Virus record (IMG/VR): IMGVR_UViG_3300036766_000780
DNA: 64,000 bases
From: an uncultured virus (IMG/VR IMGVR_UViG_3300036766_000780)
Lineage: Duplodnaviria; Heunggongvirae; Uroviricota; Caudoviricetes
Direction: 5' to 3' (one strand)
A program made the position numbers and the translations under genes. The notes below the pieces were generated by a model. The model was not told the origin of the DNA, did not search any database, and was given only the letters and a program-made list of their open reading frames with translations. Each line of letters starts with the position of its first letter. The stretch's first letter is position 1. This document shows, piece by piece, positions 10,336 to 20,014 of this stretch.

Positions 10336-11718
10336 TTAAAGTTGACCAGAAATTCCTTCTAAAAGTACGTTCTTTCTTGGTTGCTTAACAGCCAAGCAAA
10401 GGAAACGAAAGTGCGCTTCCGGCAAACTTAGGTCACTTATCGCGAGCTTTAGCTTACTATATGCACTAAGCTGTCTTAAATCCATTGTGTTCCCTTGGAT
10501 TAAGTAACCAGTTACAGATCCTGGGGTTCTATTCCCAAGGTCTACGAAACTAGCACCAGCGCCATTATCTTTTACTCTTCCAATGAATTTAGCACTTGGT
10601 CCAGATCCACCGATTTCTGAACGATATACGTTGTAGTATCTAGCACCAGAAACAGCAGAGATAACCAAGGTAATAGCATCACCAGCAGAAGCAGTTTCAC
10701 TAGCAGCGGCAGAAGCAAGAGATTCGCCTCTTTCATTAGCTGAAGTTACATAATAAGCATAAGCTCCTGCATCTAAAACAGAAGCAGCATTAGCACCAGC
10801 AGAGTGTGTGAAAGTTGGAGCAGAAGGAGATCCAGCTCTAGATCTAGCTGGACGTGTTTTTCCAGACAAGAAACGAGAAGGTTCAATGGCAACCAATGCA
10901 CTTGAAGTCCATTGAGTTCTTAAATTAGCTCCTGAAGCTTCTTGAGCTGAACCAGCAAGCATAATACGCTCTTTTGCGTGAGCGATTTTGTTATATTGAC
11001 TTAAACTGATAGGATCTAATAGAAGTTTATCAGCAGATCCATGATTCATTGCTGATTTTACAGCAGCATCTTCGATTGAAGATTGAGTCATAGTTCCATC
11101 AACTGAAACGATGATTGATTGGTCAGAACCATATTCAGCAAACATAAGATCTTGAGTGTTACTTTGAGCATCAGATTCTCTAATCTGAGCATCAGCTCCT
11201 CTCATGTTAGGCATACTAGCAGCAGCAAGTGGGTTTCCATCGAAAACACCTGCGTTTGAATAGTCTGCTTGTCCACGGAAAGAGTCAAACTCGATGTCAG
11301 CAGCAAGTTTCATAGCAGCATCGTTTGATGCTCTATCTTCTGCTTTAACACCATCAAATGCTCCGATCATGTTAGCAGCAACTGTTACTCGTCTCATTGT
11401 TGAATAATAAGACATCGGAACAACTGCTCTGATATAGTTAGAAGTATCTTCTTCGCCGATTCCACCCTCACTTTGAGCAGATCCACCGAAAATACCGTAG
11501 TCTAACTGACGGTTAAATTGAACTAAGGTAGACTTAGCGTCTTGAACCTTTAGCATTTTTTGTAGTTTAATGTGTGAGTCGTCGAAAGTAACAACTTCCA
11601 TGATAGGAGATAGATCTTCTATCTGTAAAGCTGAACCTTGGACTAGAGTGCTTGGAGAAGCGTCGTATCGACCCGCTTCCAATGCTTTTAATAGATCACT
11701 TAATTGATTCTCGATCAT
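10336..11718 (-). CDS. Major capsid protein with an inserted Ig/FN3-like domain
   Basis: N-terminus LLKALEAG..SPSTLVQGSALQIEDL resembles SPO1/A511-type capsid arms; biased codon use; follows the scaffold gene and precedes a terminator. Confidence 0.85.
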   Translation of the reverse strand: MIENQLSDLLKALEAGRYDASPSTLVQGSALQIEDLSPIMEVVTFDDSHIKLQKMLKVQDAKSTLVQFNRQLDYGIFGGSAQSEGGIGEEDTSNYIRAVVPMSYYSTMRRVTVAANMIGAFDGVKAEDRASNDAAMKLAADIEFDSFRGQADYSNAGVFDGNPLAAASMPNMRGADAQIRESDAQSNTQDLMFAEYGSDQSIIVSVDGTMTQSSIEDAAVKSAMNHGSADKLLLDPISLSQYNKIAHAKERIMLAGSAQEASGANLRTQWTSSALVAIEPSRFLSGKTRPARSRAGSPSAPTFTHSAGANAASVLDAGAYAYYVTSANERGESLASAAASETASAGDAITLVISAVSGARYYNVYRSEIGGSGPSAKFIGRVKDNGAGASFVDLGNRTPGSVTGYLIQGNTMDLRQLSAYSKLKLAISDLSLPEAHFRFLCLAVKQPRKNVLLEGISGQL

Positions 11719-11727
11719 TTTATCCTC

Positions 11728-12414
11728 CTATAATAGGTGTTTTATAGATTCAACTGTAATTTTTGAGTCACAAAAATCAACAACCAAATCATGTTCTGTT
11801 TTAGTAAGTTTACCGTTTCTAATTTTATCACTGAGACGTGCATTGATTTCTTTCTTAGTAAGTTTAGAAGTATCAACTCCAACGATTTTTTCTTCACTTT
11901 CATTTTTCTTAACAAAAGCAGCTTCTGAAGTTACTGCTTTTCTTTGTGGAATAGCAAACTTACCAACAATCTTAGTAATAGCGTTTGTAGCTGCTTCTAG
12001 ATTCTTTTTAAGTTCTTCGTTGGCTTTTTTAAGTTCGTCTTTTTCTTTTTCTGATTTTGCGAGTTTTTCGCTATCTTCTTTGTTAGGCTCTTCAGATTTT
12101 TTAACTTCAACTTCTTTAACTTCTTCTTTATCGCCGAACATAACTTTTTTGATAGACTTATAATGAGCTTCAGCTTCCGCTTTAGCCATGCTACCGTAAA
12201 GGTTTTCAAGTTCTTTAATATCTTCTGCGTCATAGCTTAAATCCTCAGTAGGAGCAGGAGCTTCTGTTTTAGCTTCTTGTTTTACGGCTTCAACAGAAAC
12301 TTCAGATTTTTTAAGATCTTCTTTGTCTTTTTGAGCTTTAGCAAGATAATCGCCAAATTCAGTTTCTACTTCGCTGATGAGTTTCGCCATATCTTGTTCT
12401 GTATATTTTTTCAT
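11728..12414 (-). CDS. Capsid scaffold protein
   Basis: K/E-rich coiled coil directly upstream of the capsid gene; many xxK|SE sites. Confidence 0.7.
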   Translation of the reverse strand: MKKYTEQDMAKLISEVETEFGDYLAKAQKDKEDLKKSEVSVEAVKQEAKTEAPAPTEDLSYDAEDIKELENLYGSMAKAEAEAHYKSIKKVMFGDKEEVKEVEVKKSEEPNKEDSEKLAKSEKEKDELKKANEELKKNLEAATNAITKIVGKFAIPQRKAVTSEAAFVKKNESEEKIVGVDTSKLTKKEINARLSDKIRNGKLTKTEHDLVVDFCDSKITVESIKHLL

Positions 12415-12439
12415 AATAAGATATCCCTTAGGTTAGTAA

Positions 12440-12850
12440 CTAGTTTCCTTTATTTGCCCAACGAACGTCATACTGAAGTTCTGTTCCAGCAGAAGCTTCT
12501 GCTGTTGCAAGAACAGTTGCATGACTTTTTATAATAGTTTTCATTCCTAGTTTTACAACTTCAACCATAATTTCCGCTACTTTCAAGGTTAATGAAGAAG
12601 CGTTTGCTCTTGAAGCAAGACTAAGTTTATGAGGAGAATAAGCTAGTAAAGATCCACCAAATACGTCTTTAGAAACTGCGTCTTCTTGTTCAATAAGAAT
12701 AGAAGCTTCGTCAGTGTTAAGTGTCAATTTTGGATATCCACCTGAAGTAGATTGATCGACTGTAAAGCCACGACTTACTAGTCTTTCTTTAAGATCTCTC
12801 GCTAATGCTTCGGCTTTTGCTGTACTTTGTATTGACATGTTGTCCTCCAA
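12440..12850 (-). CDS. Putative head protein; probable start MSIQ
   Basis: First gene of the capsid operon; GGAGG RBS; late motif upstream. Confidence 0.65.
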   Translation of the reverse strand: MEDNMSIQSTAKAEALARDLKERLVSRGFTVDQSTSGGYPKLTLNTDEASILIEQEDAVSKDVFGGSLLAYSPHKLSLASRANASSLTLKVAEIMVEVVKLGMKTIIKSHATVLATAEASAGTELQYDVRWANKGN

Positions 12851-12889
12851 AAAAATAATTATACGTTTTCACGTATTGTTTTAGGTCTA

Positions 12890-13006
12890 TAAGATTTAAG
12901 ATTACGTTAATAAAGGTATCATTAAGTAAAATCAAGTAGTTGGATGTAAGTTATGAAATTTAGGGAGATGCTTAAGTAATGGAAATGTAGAGAAAAGTAA
13001 TCTTTA
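12890..13006. promoter_or_regulatory. Divergent late-promoter region with an IHF-consensus box
   Basis: Tandem AATCTTA on minus (12890-12903), AATCTTTA on plus (12999-13006), AATCAAGTAGTTG at 12930-12942. Confidence 0.6.
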
Positions 13007-13037
13007 AAGGGTAATATATAGATAAGGACAGATTATA

Positions 13038-15371
13038 GTGAAAGAAAATATTGGAACTTGGATTCATGGAGTTGGTTCAACGTCTGATCTCGATTCGAGC
13101 GGAGAAAGAATAGAAATTAAGGGAATAGATATATCATCTTTGATGCTAGACGGTGTCATAAATTTTGAGCATAAAAACGATAATGCTACACAAATAGTTG
13201 GTAAGGTTTTAGAAGCTAAAAAAATATTAGAAAAAAAAGATTGTGAAAACAAAGCACATGAATATTTTTGGGAAAAAGTAGGGAAAAAGCCTTATCTTTA
13301 TATAGCCGCAGTTTTATTTGATGGTCAAGGTCATTCTGGTGCTAAAGACGCTGTCGCTATGATGAATTTCGACAAGTTAACTGATAAAGAACAAACAAGA
13401 CATACGATAGGATTTAGTATAGAAGGTTCTCGTTTGGAAAAAGACGGTAGTGTGATTAAAAAATGCGTGGCAAGAAAAATTACAATTACCAACCTTCCTT
13501 GTAATAAAATGTGTATAGCTGAAATAATGGACGATCCAACAATTTCAAGTGGTTATAAGTTAATTAACAAAGATAAACTTAAAGACATCGTTAAAAAATG
13601 TGAAGATTTAGAATCTGATTTGAAAAAAAGCGATAAATACATGAGAAGTTTGGCTTTCAGAGCTAAAAAACCTATAGAGCCTAAAAAAGACTATACAAAA
13701 ATATCATCTACTCATGGCGAATCTAAACCAGGACAGGAAATAAAACCTAAAAGAACTATACCAGCGTCTTCTATATCTAATACTGATAAACTTAAAACTG
13801 GAGATAGGATATCTTACAGTAATAAAATCAAAGGAAGAAGCGGCGCATCTATATATAAAGACCCCAAAACTTGGGAGAAAAAGGATAAATTTATGTCAAA
13901 CGTTAGAAAAGCCATAACCGCTAGTTGTGGAACGGGTTCTTCTCCTAGTACTAAAGTTGGCGGAGAAGCATTATCTAGAGAAAAAGTAATGAAAAGCTTA
14001 TCAGAAGAGGCTTGGAAAAACTTTGAAAATAAAGAAGAATTAATTGAATTTTTAAATGAAAAAACTCCTGATTTTAATGAAAAAGAAATATTGGCATTTG
14101 CTAAAACCTATGCTTACGTAGACATGAAGAAAAAAGAAATGGTATTGAATGACTTAGCTCCTATGCAAAAGCAGGATTCAGAAGATTTAGAAAAAGCTAG
14201 TAAGCCGATTCACGAAATGACCAGAAAAGAATATGAGAATACTTATGGTAAACCAAGAAAGAATACAACAGTAACTGGAGGATTCCATCCTCATAAAGAA
14301 GCCGTTGAGATAGCTATAAATCAAGGAAAATCGGTTCCAGATGAGGTTTTAGATGATTATCCTCATTTAAAAAATGCAAAAAAAACAGACGTAGCTAAGA
14401 CAGATATATATTCCGCTATTCTAGGAGACGCTATTAGAGGTGGATCTACTGGAAAATCTGAACATGGCGTTCCTGGAAAAAATAGACCCCTACATGAAAA
14501 GGGAGTAAATCCAACTGTTAGTGTTGGAAGAGATGTTAAAGATGGTAAAATGGTAGGTCATTATAAAGAGCAGAGTTTACAAGGAATAAGAACTAGAAGA
14601 GGCGATGTTGAGGGAGCTAAAAGAGCTGCCAAAGAAATTATCTCCGAACAAAAAGAAATGCCTAGACCAAATCTACCTAAGTCTGAAATAGCTAAAGCTA
14701 GGGTAGATGAAGGATTAAAAGGTAAAGAAAAGAAAAAAAGAAGAACAGAAAGAAATAAAGACCTTGAACAAAAAGGCGTTCATGCACCGGCTTATTCTGG
14801 TGGTTTTAGGGGTATGGATTATAAGATAACGGATAAAGACTTGAAAAGTAGTGGCAGATCACAGGCTGGTGCGATTGCCAGGCAATTAAAACATAAAGCA
14901 GCTACTCCTAGTGCTAAAGATCGTTCTAAAAAAATAATTCTAGAAAGACATGGGAAGGTAATTTCTGAACAAAAACAAATGAAAAAACCAAATTTACCTA
15001 AATCTGAACAAGATTTTGCCAGTAAGCCAGGAGCTTATGATGCTAAGATGAGACAGCCCGCTATGCCTAAAACATCTGCTCAAATGGATAAGCCTAAGAT
15101 GCCAACTATGAAATCTGAAGGTAGAAGATCTGGTGATGTTTATGGAGTTCATTCTCCAAGATCATCTGATAAACCTGGAGAATCAGAAGCTGGACATGCT
15201 GCTAGAGGTGCTACTAAGATTAAGGGCGAAAAGGGCGATTTTTTACGAGAAAAAGCTAAATATACACATGAAAAGAAAATAAAAGAACAGAAAGAAAGTA
15301 CCAAACCTAATTTACCTAAATCAGAGAAAGATTCTGTTGAAGATGTTAAGATTGATCTAAAAAAAGATTAG
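13038..15371 (+). CDS. Prohead protease with a long repetitive C-terminal extension
   Basis: DSSGE, NFEH and GFSIEG motifs of HK97/assemblin-fold prohead proteases; extension holds three PNLPKSE modules. Confidence 0.8.
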   Translation: MKENIGTWIHGVGSTSDLDSSGERIEIKGIDISSLMLDGVINFEHKNDNATQIVGKVLEAKKILEKKDCENKAHEYFWEKVGKKPYLYIAAVLFDGQGHSGAKDAVAMMNFDKLTDKEQTRHTIGFSIEGSRLEKDGSVIKKCVARKITITNLPCNKMCIAEIMDDPTISSGYKLINKDKLKDIVKKCEDLESDLKKSDKYMRSLAFRAKKPIEPKKDYTKISSTHGESKPGQEIKPKRTIPASSISNTDKLKTGDRISYSNKIKGRSGASIYKDPKTWEKKDKFMSNVRKAITASCGTGSSPSTKVGGEALSREKVMKSLSEEAWKNFENKEELIEFLNEKTPDFNEKEILAFAKTYAYVDMKKKEMVLNDLAPMQKQDSEDLEKASKPIHEMTRKEYENTYGKPRKNTTVTGGFHPHKEAVEIAINQGKSVPDEVLDDYPHLKNAKKTDVAKTDIYSAILGDAIRGGSTGKSEHGVPGKNRPLHEKGVNPTVSVGRDVKDGKMVGHYKEQSLQGIRTRRGDVEGAKRAAKEIISEQKEMPRPNLPKSEIAKARVDEGLKGKEKKKRRTERNKDLEQKGVHAPAYSGGFRGMDYKITDKDLKSSGRSQAGAIARQLKHKAATPSAKDRSKKIILERHGKVISEQKQMKKPNLPKSEQDFASKPGAYDAKMRQPAMPKTSAQMDKPKMPTMKSEGRRSGDVYGVHSPRSSDKPGESEAGHAARGATKIKGEKGDFLREKAKYTHEKKIKEQKESTKPNLPKSEKDSVEDVKIDLKKD

Positions 15372-15372
15372 T

Positions 15373-15759
15373 ATGAAATCTAAACGTGTTGCCGCAGCTC
15401 TTATAACGGATGATTCAGATAACATATTAATAGGTAAAAGAAACGATAACGGCAAATATACAAATCCAGCAGGAAAAGCTAACGTAAATGAAGATATCTA
15501 TGACGCAATGGTTCGTGAATTAAAAGAAGAAACCGGATTAGACGCTATAGATCTATCAATCGTTAAAGTTAAAAAAATTAACGACATGCTTATATATCTT
15601 TTCAAAGTAACGGTAGATAAGAATCAAAAAATAGATACATCAAAAGATCCAGATAAAGAATGTTTGTCATGGGACTACATTGATCCTAATGACGTTGTTG
15701 AAAATCTACACATACCACTAGAAAGAAACGTTTTACTACAATACTGGGCTAATAATTAA
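15373..15759 (+). CDS. NUDIX hydrolase
   Basis: Nudix box GKANVNEDIYDAMVRELKEETGL. Confidence 0.9.
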   Translation: MKSKRVAAALITDDSDNILIGKRNDNGKYTNPAGKANVNEDIYDAMVRELKEETGLDAIDLSIVKVKKINDMLIYLFKVTVDKNQKIDTSKDPDKECLSWDYIDPNDVVENLHIPLERNVLLQYWANN

Positions 15760-16607
15760 GCCGGACCTAAAACCTCTACCTTTCTACATCTAATTTTTGC
15801 AATATTTTTCTTATAAATAACCATATCTTTTGAATGAACTAGACATTTTAAAACCTTTCCTACGTTAAAAGATAACGCTATCTCGGGCGAATGACACAAA
15901 TGTAATCCACCCCCACATTCTCTATTTTTATTACTATCAAAATCATTACAAGTAACTATGTTTTCGTATTTCACTTTTCCTGTATGGAAATCACATAAAG
16001 TTTCAGGATTAACTGATTTGTAAAGAATATATCTACCATCAGAATTTTTTTCACATAAACTTAAAAAATCTTTTTTAGAATAGTTTAATTCTTTACCTAT
16101 GTGGTTCAGTACATTGCTTGTTTTTGATTTACTCTTTATTTTAATCTTTACTCTTAAGCTAACTGTAGAAAATCCTAAAAGCTTTAATATAACAAAAGTA
16201 GAAAAAACAATAATAAAAGAATAATCAAAAGCCACAACCCTTGAGTTTCCCCGAGCCGCAACACTTGAGTTTCCATAAGCCACAACCCTTGAGTTTTCCC
16301 GAGCCGCAACACTTGAGTTTCCATAAGCCACAACCCTTGAGTTTTCCCGAGCCACAACCCTTGAGTTTTCCCGAGCCACAACCCTTGAGTTTCCATAAGC
16401 CACAACTCTTGAGTTTCCATAAGCCACAACCCTTGAGTTTCCATAAGCCACAACCCTTGAGTTTTCCCGAGCCACAACCCTTGAGTTTCCATAAGCCTTA
16501 TTTATATGAATTGTATGCTCAGATCTAATTTCAATTAAAGTGAATTCTTTAAAGGAATCTGGCAAAGAATCTAAATCTTTTTGAGTTCTTACGATTATAT
16601 TTTTCAT
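15756..16607 (-). CDS. Octapeptide-repeat (beta-helix-like) phage protein
   Basis: About 11 (G/E)NSxVxA(Y/R) repeats plus a C-terminal CGGGLH domain. Confidence 0.75.
   Translation of the reverse strand: MKNIIVRTQKDLDSLPDSFKEFTLIEIRSEHTIHINKAYGNSRVVARENSRVVAYGNSRVVAYGNSRVVAYGNSRVVARENSRVVARENSRVVAYGNSSVAARENSRVVAYGNSSVAARGNSRVVAFDYSFIIVFSTFVILKLLGFSTVSLRVKIKIKSKSKTSNVLNHIGKELNYSKKDFLSLCEKNSDGRYILYKSVNPETLCDFHTGKVKYENIVTCNDFDSNKNRECGGGLHLCHSPEIALSFNVGKVLKCLVHSKDMVIYKKNIAKIRCRKVEVLGPA
16229..16497 (-). repeat. 24-bp coding tandem repeat
   Basis: GCCACAACCCTTGAGTTT(C/T)CC units encoding 8-aa repeats. Confidence 0.9.
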
Positions 16608-16621
16608 ATACTCCTCTATAA

Positions 16622-16906
16622 TTAAAGATCAAATCCTAATTCTTTAGCTTCTTTTATAGCCATATAATTTCCACCCTTTTCGCCTAATATTCTTGTTCTT
16701 AAATAGCTGATCTTTTGAAATTCAATAAATGTACCTTCTGGCTCTACAATTTTATAAACTAATTTTGTAGATGGATCTTGAAAAGTAGATCCAATTCCCT
16801 CTTCTTTTAAAAGAAGATTCATTTCCTCTTTCATTGATTTCATCTGAATTTTTACTTCTTCGTACTTTACTAGCATCATAACGAGCTTTTGTTGTCTTTC
16901 TGTCAT
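16622..16906 (-). CDS. Hypothetical protein
   Basis: ORF track; AGGAG RBS. Confidence 0.7.
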   Translation of the reverse strand: MTERQQKLVMMLVKYEEVKIQMKSMKEEMNLLLKEEGIGSTFQDPSTKLVYKIVEPEGTFIEFQKISYLRTRILGEKGGNYMAIKEAKELGFDL

Positions 16907-16914
16907 AAATTCTC

Positions 16915-17166
16915 CTATTTAGATGATAAGTACTTAACTTTGCCATTATCCATGGCAAAGATAGCTTTAGTGTGTTTATTAGAAGCCATAAATTTAAAAA
17001 CCCTAACAAGTTCTTTCTGATCAGCTCCTTTATTTAAAAGTGTAGCTGTTATTTCATCAAGATCTCCAAGATACTCCACTCTTTCATTAACATACAGGAT
17101 GTAATCTCTAAATTTCTTATTAAACCTTAATTCAATAATTTTTGCTTTCATTTTAATGAACCTCAT
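16915..17166 (-). CDS. Hypothetical protein
   Basis: ORF track; operon spacing. Confidence 0.6.
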   Translation of the reverse strand: MRFIKMKAKIIELRFNKKFRDYILYVNERVEYLGDLDEITATLLNKGADQKELVRVFKFMASNKHTKAIFAMDNGKVKYLSSK

Positions 17167-17377
17167 TTAAATTTATCAAAATATCGCCTTTACTATTTAA
17201 TATGCCCGAAGTTATCATATCGGAAGCTGTTCTGCCATAAAAACCTTGTAACTTCCAAACCATCTTATTCTTTAATAAAGCAGAGAACAGCCTTATTGTT
17301 TCAACCTCAGAAAGAACTCCGTGTTCAAAATCAAGAAGATCTGCTAGATTGGTAGTTTGTTTGTTTTTTATTTTCAT
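17153..17377 (-). CDS. Conserved small phage protein
   Basis: WKLQGFYGRTA motif; TTGACA-17-TATAAT promoter ends 6 nt upstream of the ATG. Confidence 0.7.
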   Translation of the reverse strand: MKIKNKQTTNLADLLDFEHGVLSEVETIRLFSALLKNKMVWKLQGFYGRTASDMITSGILNSKGDILINLNEVH

Positions 17378-17447
17378 ACATCAATTATATCATAGTTTTT
17401 ATGGCTTGTCAAGGCGTATTATTCAATGATTTTAAATGGTTACGCTA

Positions 17448-17475
17448 TTGACTTTAAAATGAAATATGATATAAT
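17448..17475 (+). promoter_or_regulatory. Sigma70 promoter of the tRNA
   Basis: TTGACT, 16 nt, TATAAT with an extended TG, 6 nt before the tRNA. Confidence 0.75.
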
Positions 17476-17481
17476 GTAATT

Positions 17482-17555
17482 GCTCCCATAGTTTAGCGGC
17501 AAAACCGTACTCTTATAAGGTACAGAGGAATGTTCAATTCATTCTGGGAGTACCA
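17482..17555 (+). tRNA. tRNA-Ile with UAU anticodon
   Basis: Acceptor GCTCCCA/TGGGAGT; D stem GTTT/AAAC; anticodon stem GTACT/GGTAC with loop CT-TAT-AA; T arm GAATG-TTCAATT-CATTC; discriminator A and encoded CCA. Confidence 0.9.
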
Positions 17556-17668
17556 TCTTAAAATAATAATTACATATAACTTATTGATTTTATTCATTTA
17601 ATCATTTTTTTGTGAAATAAAATACAATCTTTAATTTATAAGTTGATAAACAACAACACGGAGAAATT

Positions 17669-18397
17669 ATGTCATTATCACAAGACGCAAGAAAAAGATT
17701 AGTAATAGCTGTAACTGACGCTACTGTTGGAAAAGAGATAGCAGATTCTATGGATGAATCGGCTGCTATAGCCGCTAGAGCATCTGGAGAAACTGATTAT
17801 GAAGGTTCTCATTCGTTCCAATCCGTAGCACCAGATTTAAGCGTATCCTCTGGAGTTGGTTCTGCTGATGGATCAAATCCTAAATTTATAGCTGCTATAA
17901 TGGGAAATATAATAGGAGCATCTTTAACTAAGGCTGCAAACTATTTAGCCGGTGTTATCGGAGCTTATAGCCTAACTGGCACAAGAGCCTCTACATATCC
18001 TTCTGGAGCTGTTTTAGCTCAAATTTCTGACACAACTACAACCGCCGACGGAGCCGTTGTTGCTTATATTGATGGAGACTCAGGAGTAACTACTGCTAAT
18101 GCTGCTTTTAAAGCTATGTCAAATAACAGCAATGCTGGATCTGGATTTAGTTATGGACTCGATCTAACCTCTCCTGCACATGATGGATATAACGCTTTGG
18201 CTATTTTAAAAGCCGATGTTCGTATGTCTAACGACGTTTGTATACTTCAAAAAGCAGGATCACCCGTAGATGGAACAACAGGAGCTGGATTTGCTGGTCC
18301 AGGATCAATGTGTGTGGATACTTCAGGAAAAGATGTTTATATTAACGCTAACAGTAAAGCTTCCCCAACATGGAAATTGATAACAAGAGCTGCTTAA
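17669..18397 (+). CDS. Putative virion decoration/fibre protein
   Basis: A/G/S-rich; late motif at 17626; C-terminal GSxxVDT...YIN...W module. Confidence 0.65.
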   Translation: MSLSQDARKRLVIAVTDATVGKEIADSMDESAAIAARASGETDYEGSHSFQSVAPDLSVSSGVGSADGSNPKFIAAIMGNIIGASLTKAANYLAGVIGAYSLTGTRASTYPSGAVLAQISDTTTTADGAVVAYIDGDSGVTTANAAFKAMSNNSNAGSGFSYGLDLTSPAHDGYNALAILKADVRMSNDVCILQKAGSPVDGTTGAGFAGPGSMCVDTSGKDVYINANSKASPTWKLITRAA

Positions 18398-18412
18398 CAA
18401 GAAGAAGGATTT

Positions 18413-19114
18413 ATGATTTCTCGAGATACAGAATTTAGACTCATACAGACAGTTACTAGCCAAAAGATCGGTGAAGAAATAGCCGCTAGATTAGCCGTTA
18501 GTGTAACTCCTTCTACTGCCGATGATGCACAAGATATTCTCGATATCTTAGATCCAAGAAGTAATAAGAGTATAGCCGAAAGATTAAACGAAGATTTATC
18601 CGGTGACGGCGACGGTTCTGCCGGAACCGAATTGGCTAGAAAAATTAATGGAATGGTAAAAGTACTTCAGGCAAAAGCTAACGGAATAGGACAGCCAGCT
18701 CAAGCAGCTCATTTTACTGGACAAGTTACAGGAATGACTACTGATGTTACAATAACTTCCGCACACACAGGAACTATCGGAAATAGTGTAGCCCTTTTAT
18801 TCGATGGAATTAAAACAATAACAACCGTCATTTCTGACTGGAATACGGCTCATCCTACAAACACAGTAACTCTAACCGCAGGAAGCGGATCTCAAGTTCC
18901 AGCCAATAGTCAAGAAATTGACTTATCCGGTGGACACGTTGATACTGATAATGACCTATCTGCTGCTAAATCAGCTATGGGGAATCAACACATGAGCAAT
19001 GCTCATTTTGAAGTGTTAGTCGATGCACTTGCCGATAGAGCTTCTGCTAAAGATTTTAGAAAAGCATATAACACCATGGTTGATTCTATCTACGCTACGG
19101 TCTTAGGAGCATAA
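18413..19114 (+). CDS. Putative virion structural protein
   Basis: N-terminus paralogous to the 17669 protein; T/G-rich insert. Confidence 0.6.
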   Translation: MISRDTEFRLIQTVTSQKIGEEIAARLAVSVTPSTADDAQDILDILDPRSNKSIAERLNEDLSGDGDGSAGTELARKINGMVKVLQAKANGIGQPAQAAHFTGQVTGMTTDVTITSAHTGTIGNSVALLFDGIKTITTVISDWNTAHPTNTVTLTAGSGSQVPANSQEIDLSGGHVDTDNDLSAAKSAMGNQHMSNAHFEVLVDALADRASAKDFRKAYNTMVDSIYATVLGA

Positions 19115-19115
19115 C

Positions 19116-19289
19116 ATGAAAAAACAATCAGATAAAATGAAACTTCTTATTCAATCAATCAAATTAATTAAAGAATCTCCTAAAAAAGAAGAAAAATCAG
19201 TTGAAGAAAAATCAGTTGAAGAAAAATCAGTTGAAGAAAAACCTGTAAAGAAAGAATGGAAAAAGAAGAAAAAAGAAGAAAATCAATAA
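19116..19289 (+). CDS. Small K/E-rich protein (57 aa) with three EEKSV repeats
   Basis: Hand translation; AGGAG upstream; 15-bp tandem repeat GAAGAAAAATCAGTT. Confidence 0.55.
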   Translation: MKKQSDKMKLLIQSIKLIKESPKKEEKSVEEKSVEEKSVEEKPVKKEWKKKKKEENQ

Positions 19290-19317
19290 TCTCCCAATAA
19301 TTAGATAAACCAAATCG

Positions 19318-19343
19318 AACCCTCTTTTTTTAGAGGGTTTTTT
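19318..19343 (+). terminator. Rho-independent terminator
   Basis: AACCCTCT/AGAGGGTT stem followed by a T tract. Confidence 0.75.
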
Positions 19344-19923
19344 ATTTTTCAAATACAATTTTTTTAATCTTTTCATGTGTCTCTAGTATGGATTCGCCCT
19401 TATAGGTGTTAATTTTATCATAGGATATGTTATAGGTTAGTAAGCTACTATCCATGCTCCTAAATCCCATTATAGAAGTTCTTATCTTATCTAAATTATC
19501 TATAGTTAAATCTGTGGATTTACACTCAACGGCTTTTTGACAATTAATTCTTTCAATACAAACATCCAAATCTCTAGGGATTAAGAGTATATTTTTTACT
19601 CTGTAATTACGGCTTATGTTTTCATAAGATCTAAAAGATTTTCCGTGATTCTTCAATACCGTTTGATGATTTAATCCAGACATCAGGCTATTAACAACAT
19701 TAGATATTATTGAGCCGTCGCAAACAATAACTAGTTTTGGATTAAGTTTTATTAAACTTTCTATATTTTTTAGCTTATTTTCGCAATCCTCGTCGTTATC
19801 ATCTATAGTAAAACTAACAACCCTGGTTTCTATTTTAAGTTCTTTAAATTTAAGGCAAAGCATGCCTACCTGTAAGCTTTTACCGACTCCTACGGGACCG
19901 TCTATCGTGACTATGTTGAACAT
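19342..19923 (-). CDS. Thymidylate-kinase-like P-loop protein, divergent
   Basis: IDGPVGVGKSLQV P-loop; canonical DR motif reads DG. Confidence 0.65.
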   Translation of the reverse strand: MFNIVTIDGPVGVGKSLQVGMLCLKFKELKIETRVVSFTIDDNDEDCENKLKNIESLIKLNPKLVIVCDGSIISNVVNSLMSGLNHQTVLKNHGKSFRSYENISRNYRVKNILLIPRDLDVCIERINCQKAVECKSTDLTIDNLDKIRTSIMGFRSMDSSLLTYNISYDKINTYKGESILETHEKIKKIVFEK

Positions 19924-20014
19924 GCTTTATTATACCACGGATTGCCATGGAATAGTAATCTTTAATACATGTACCTGCGTAAGTAATTGAAAAAACAGGC
20001 AAATAGGAAATAAT

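Noticed and set aside
16184..16528. ORFs METQGLWL... and MSFPEPQH...
   Set aside because: Alternate-frame and antisense shadows of the 24-bp coding repeat.
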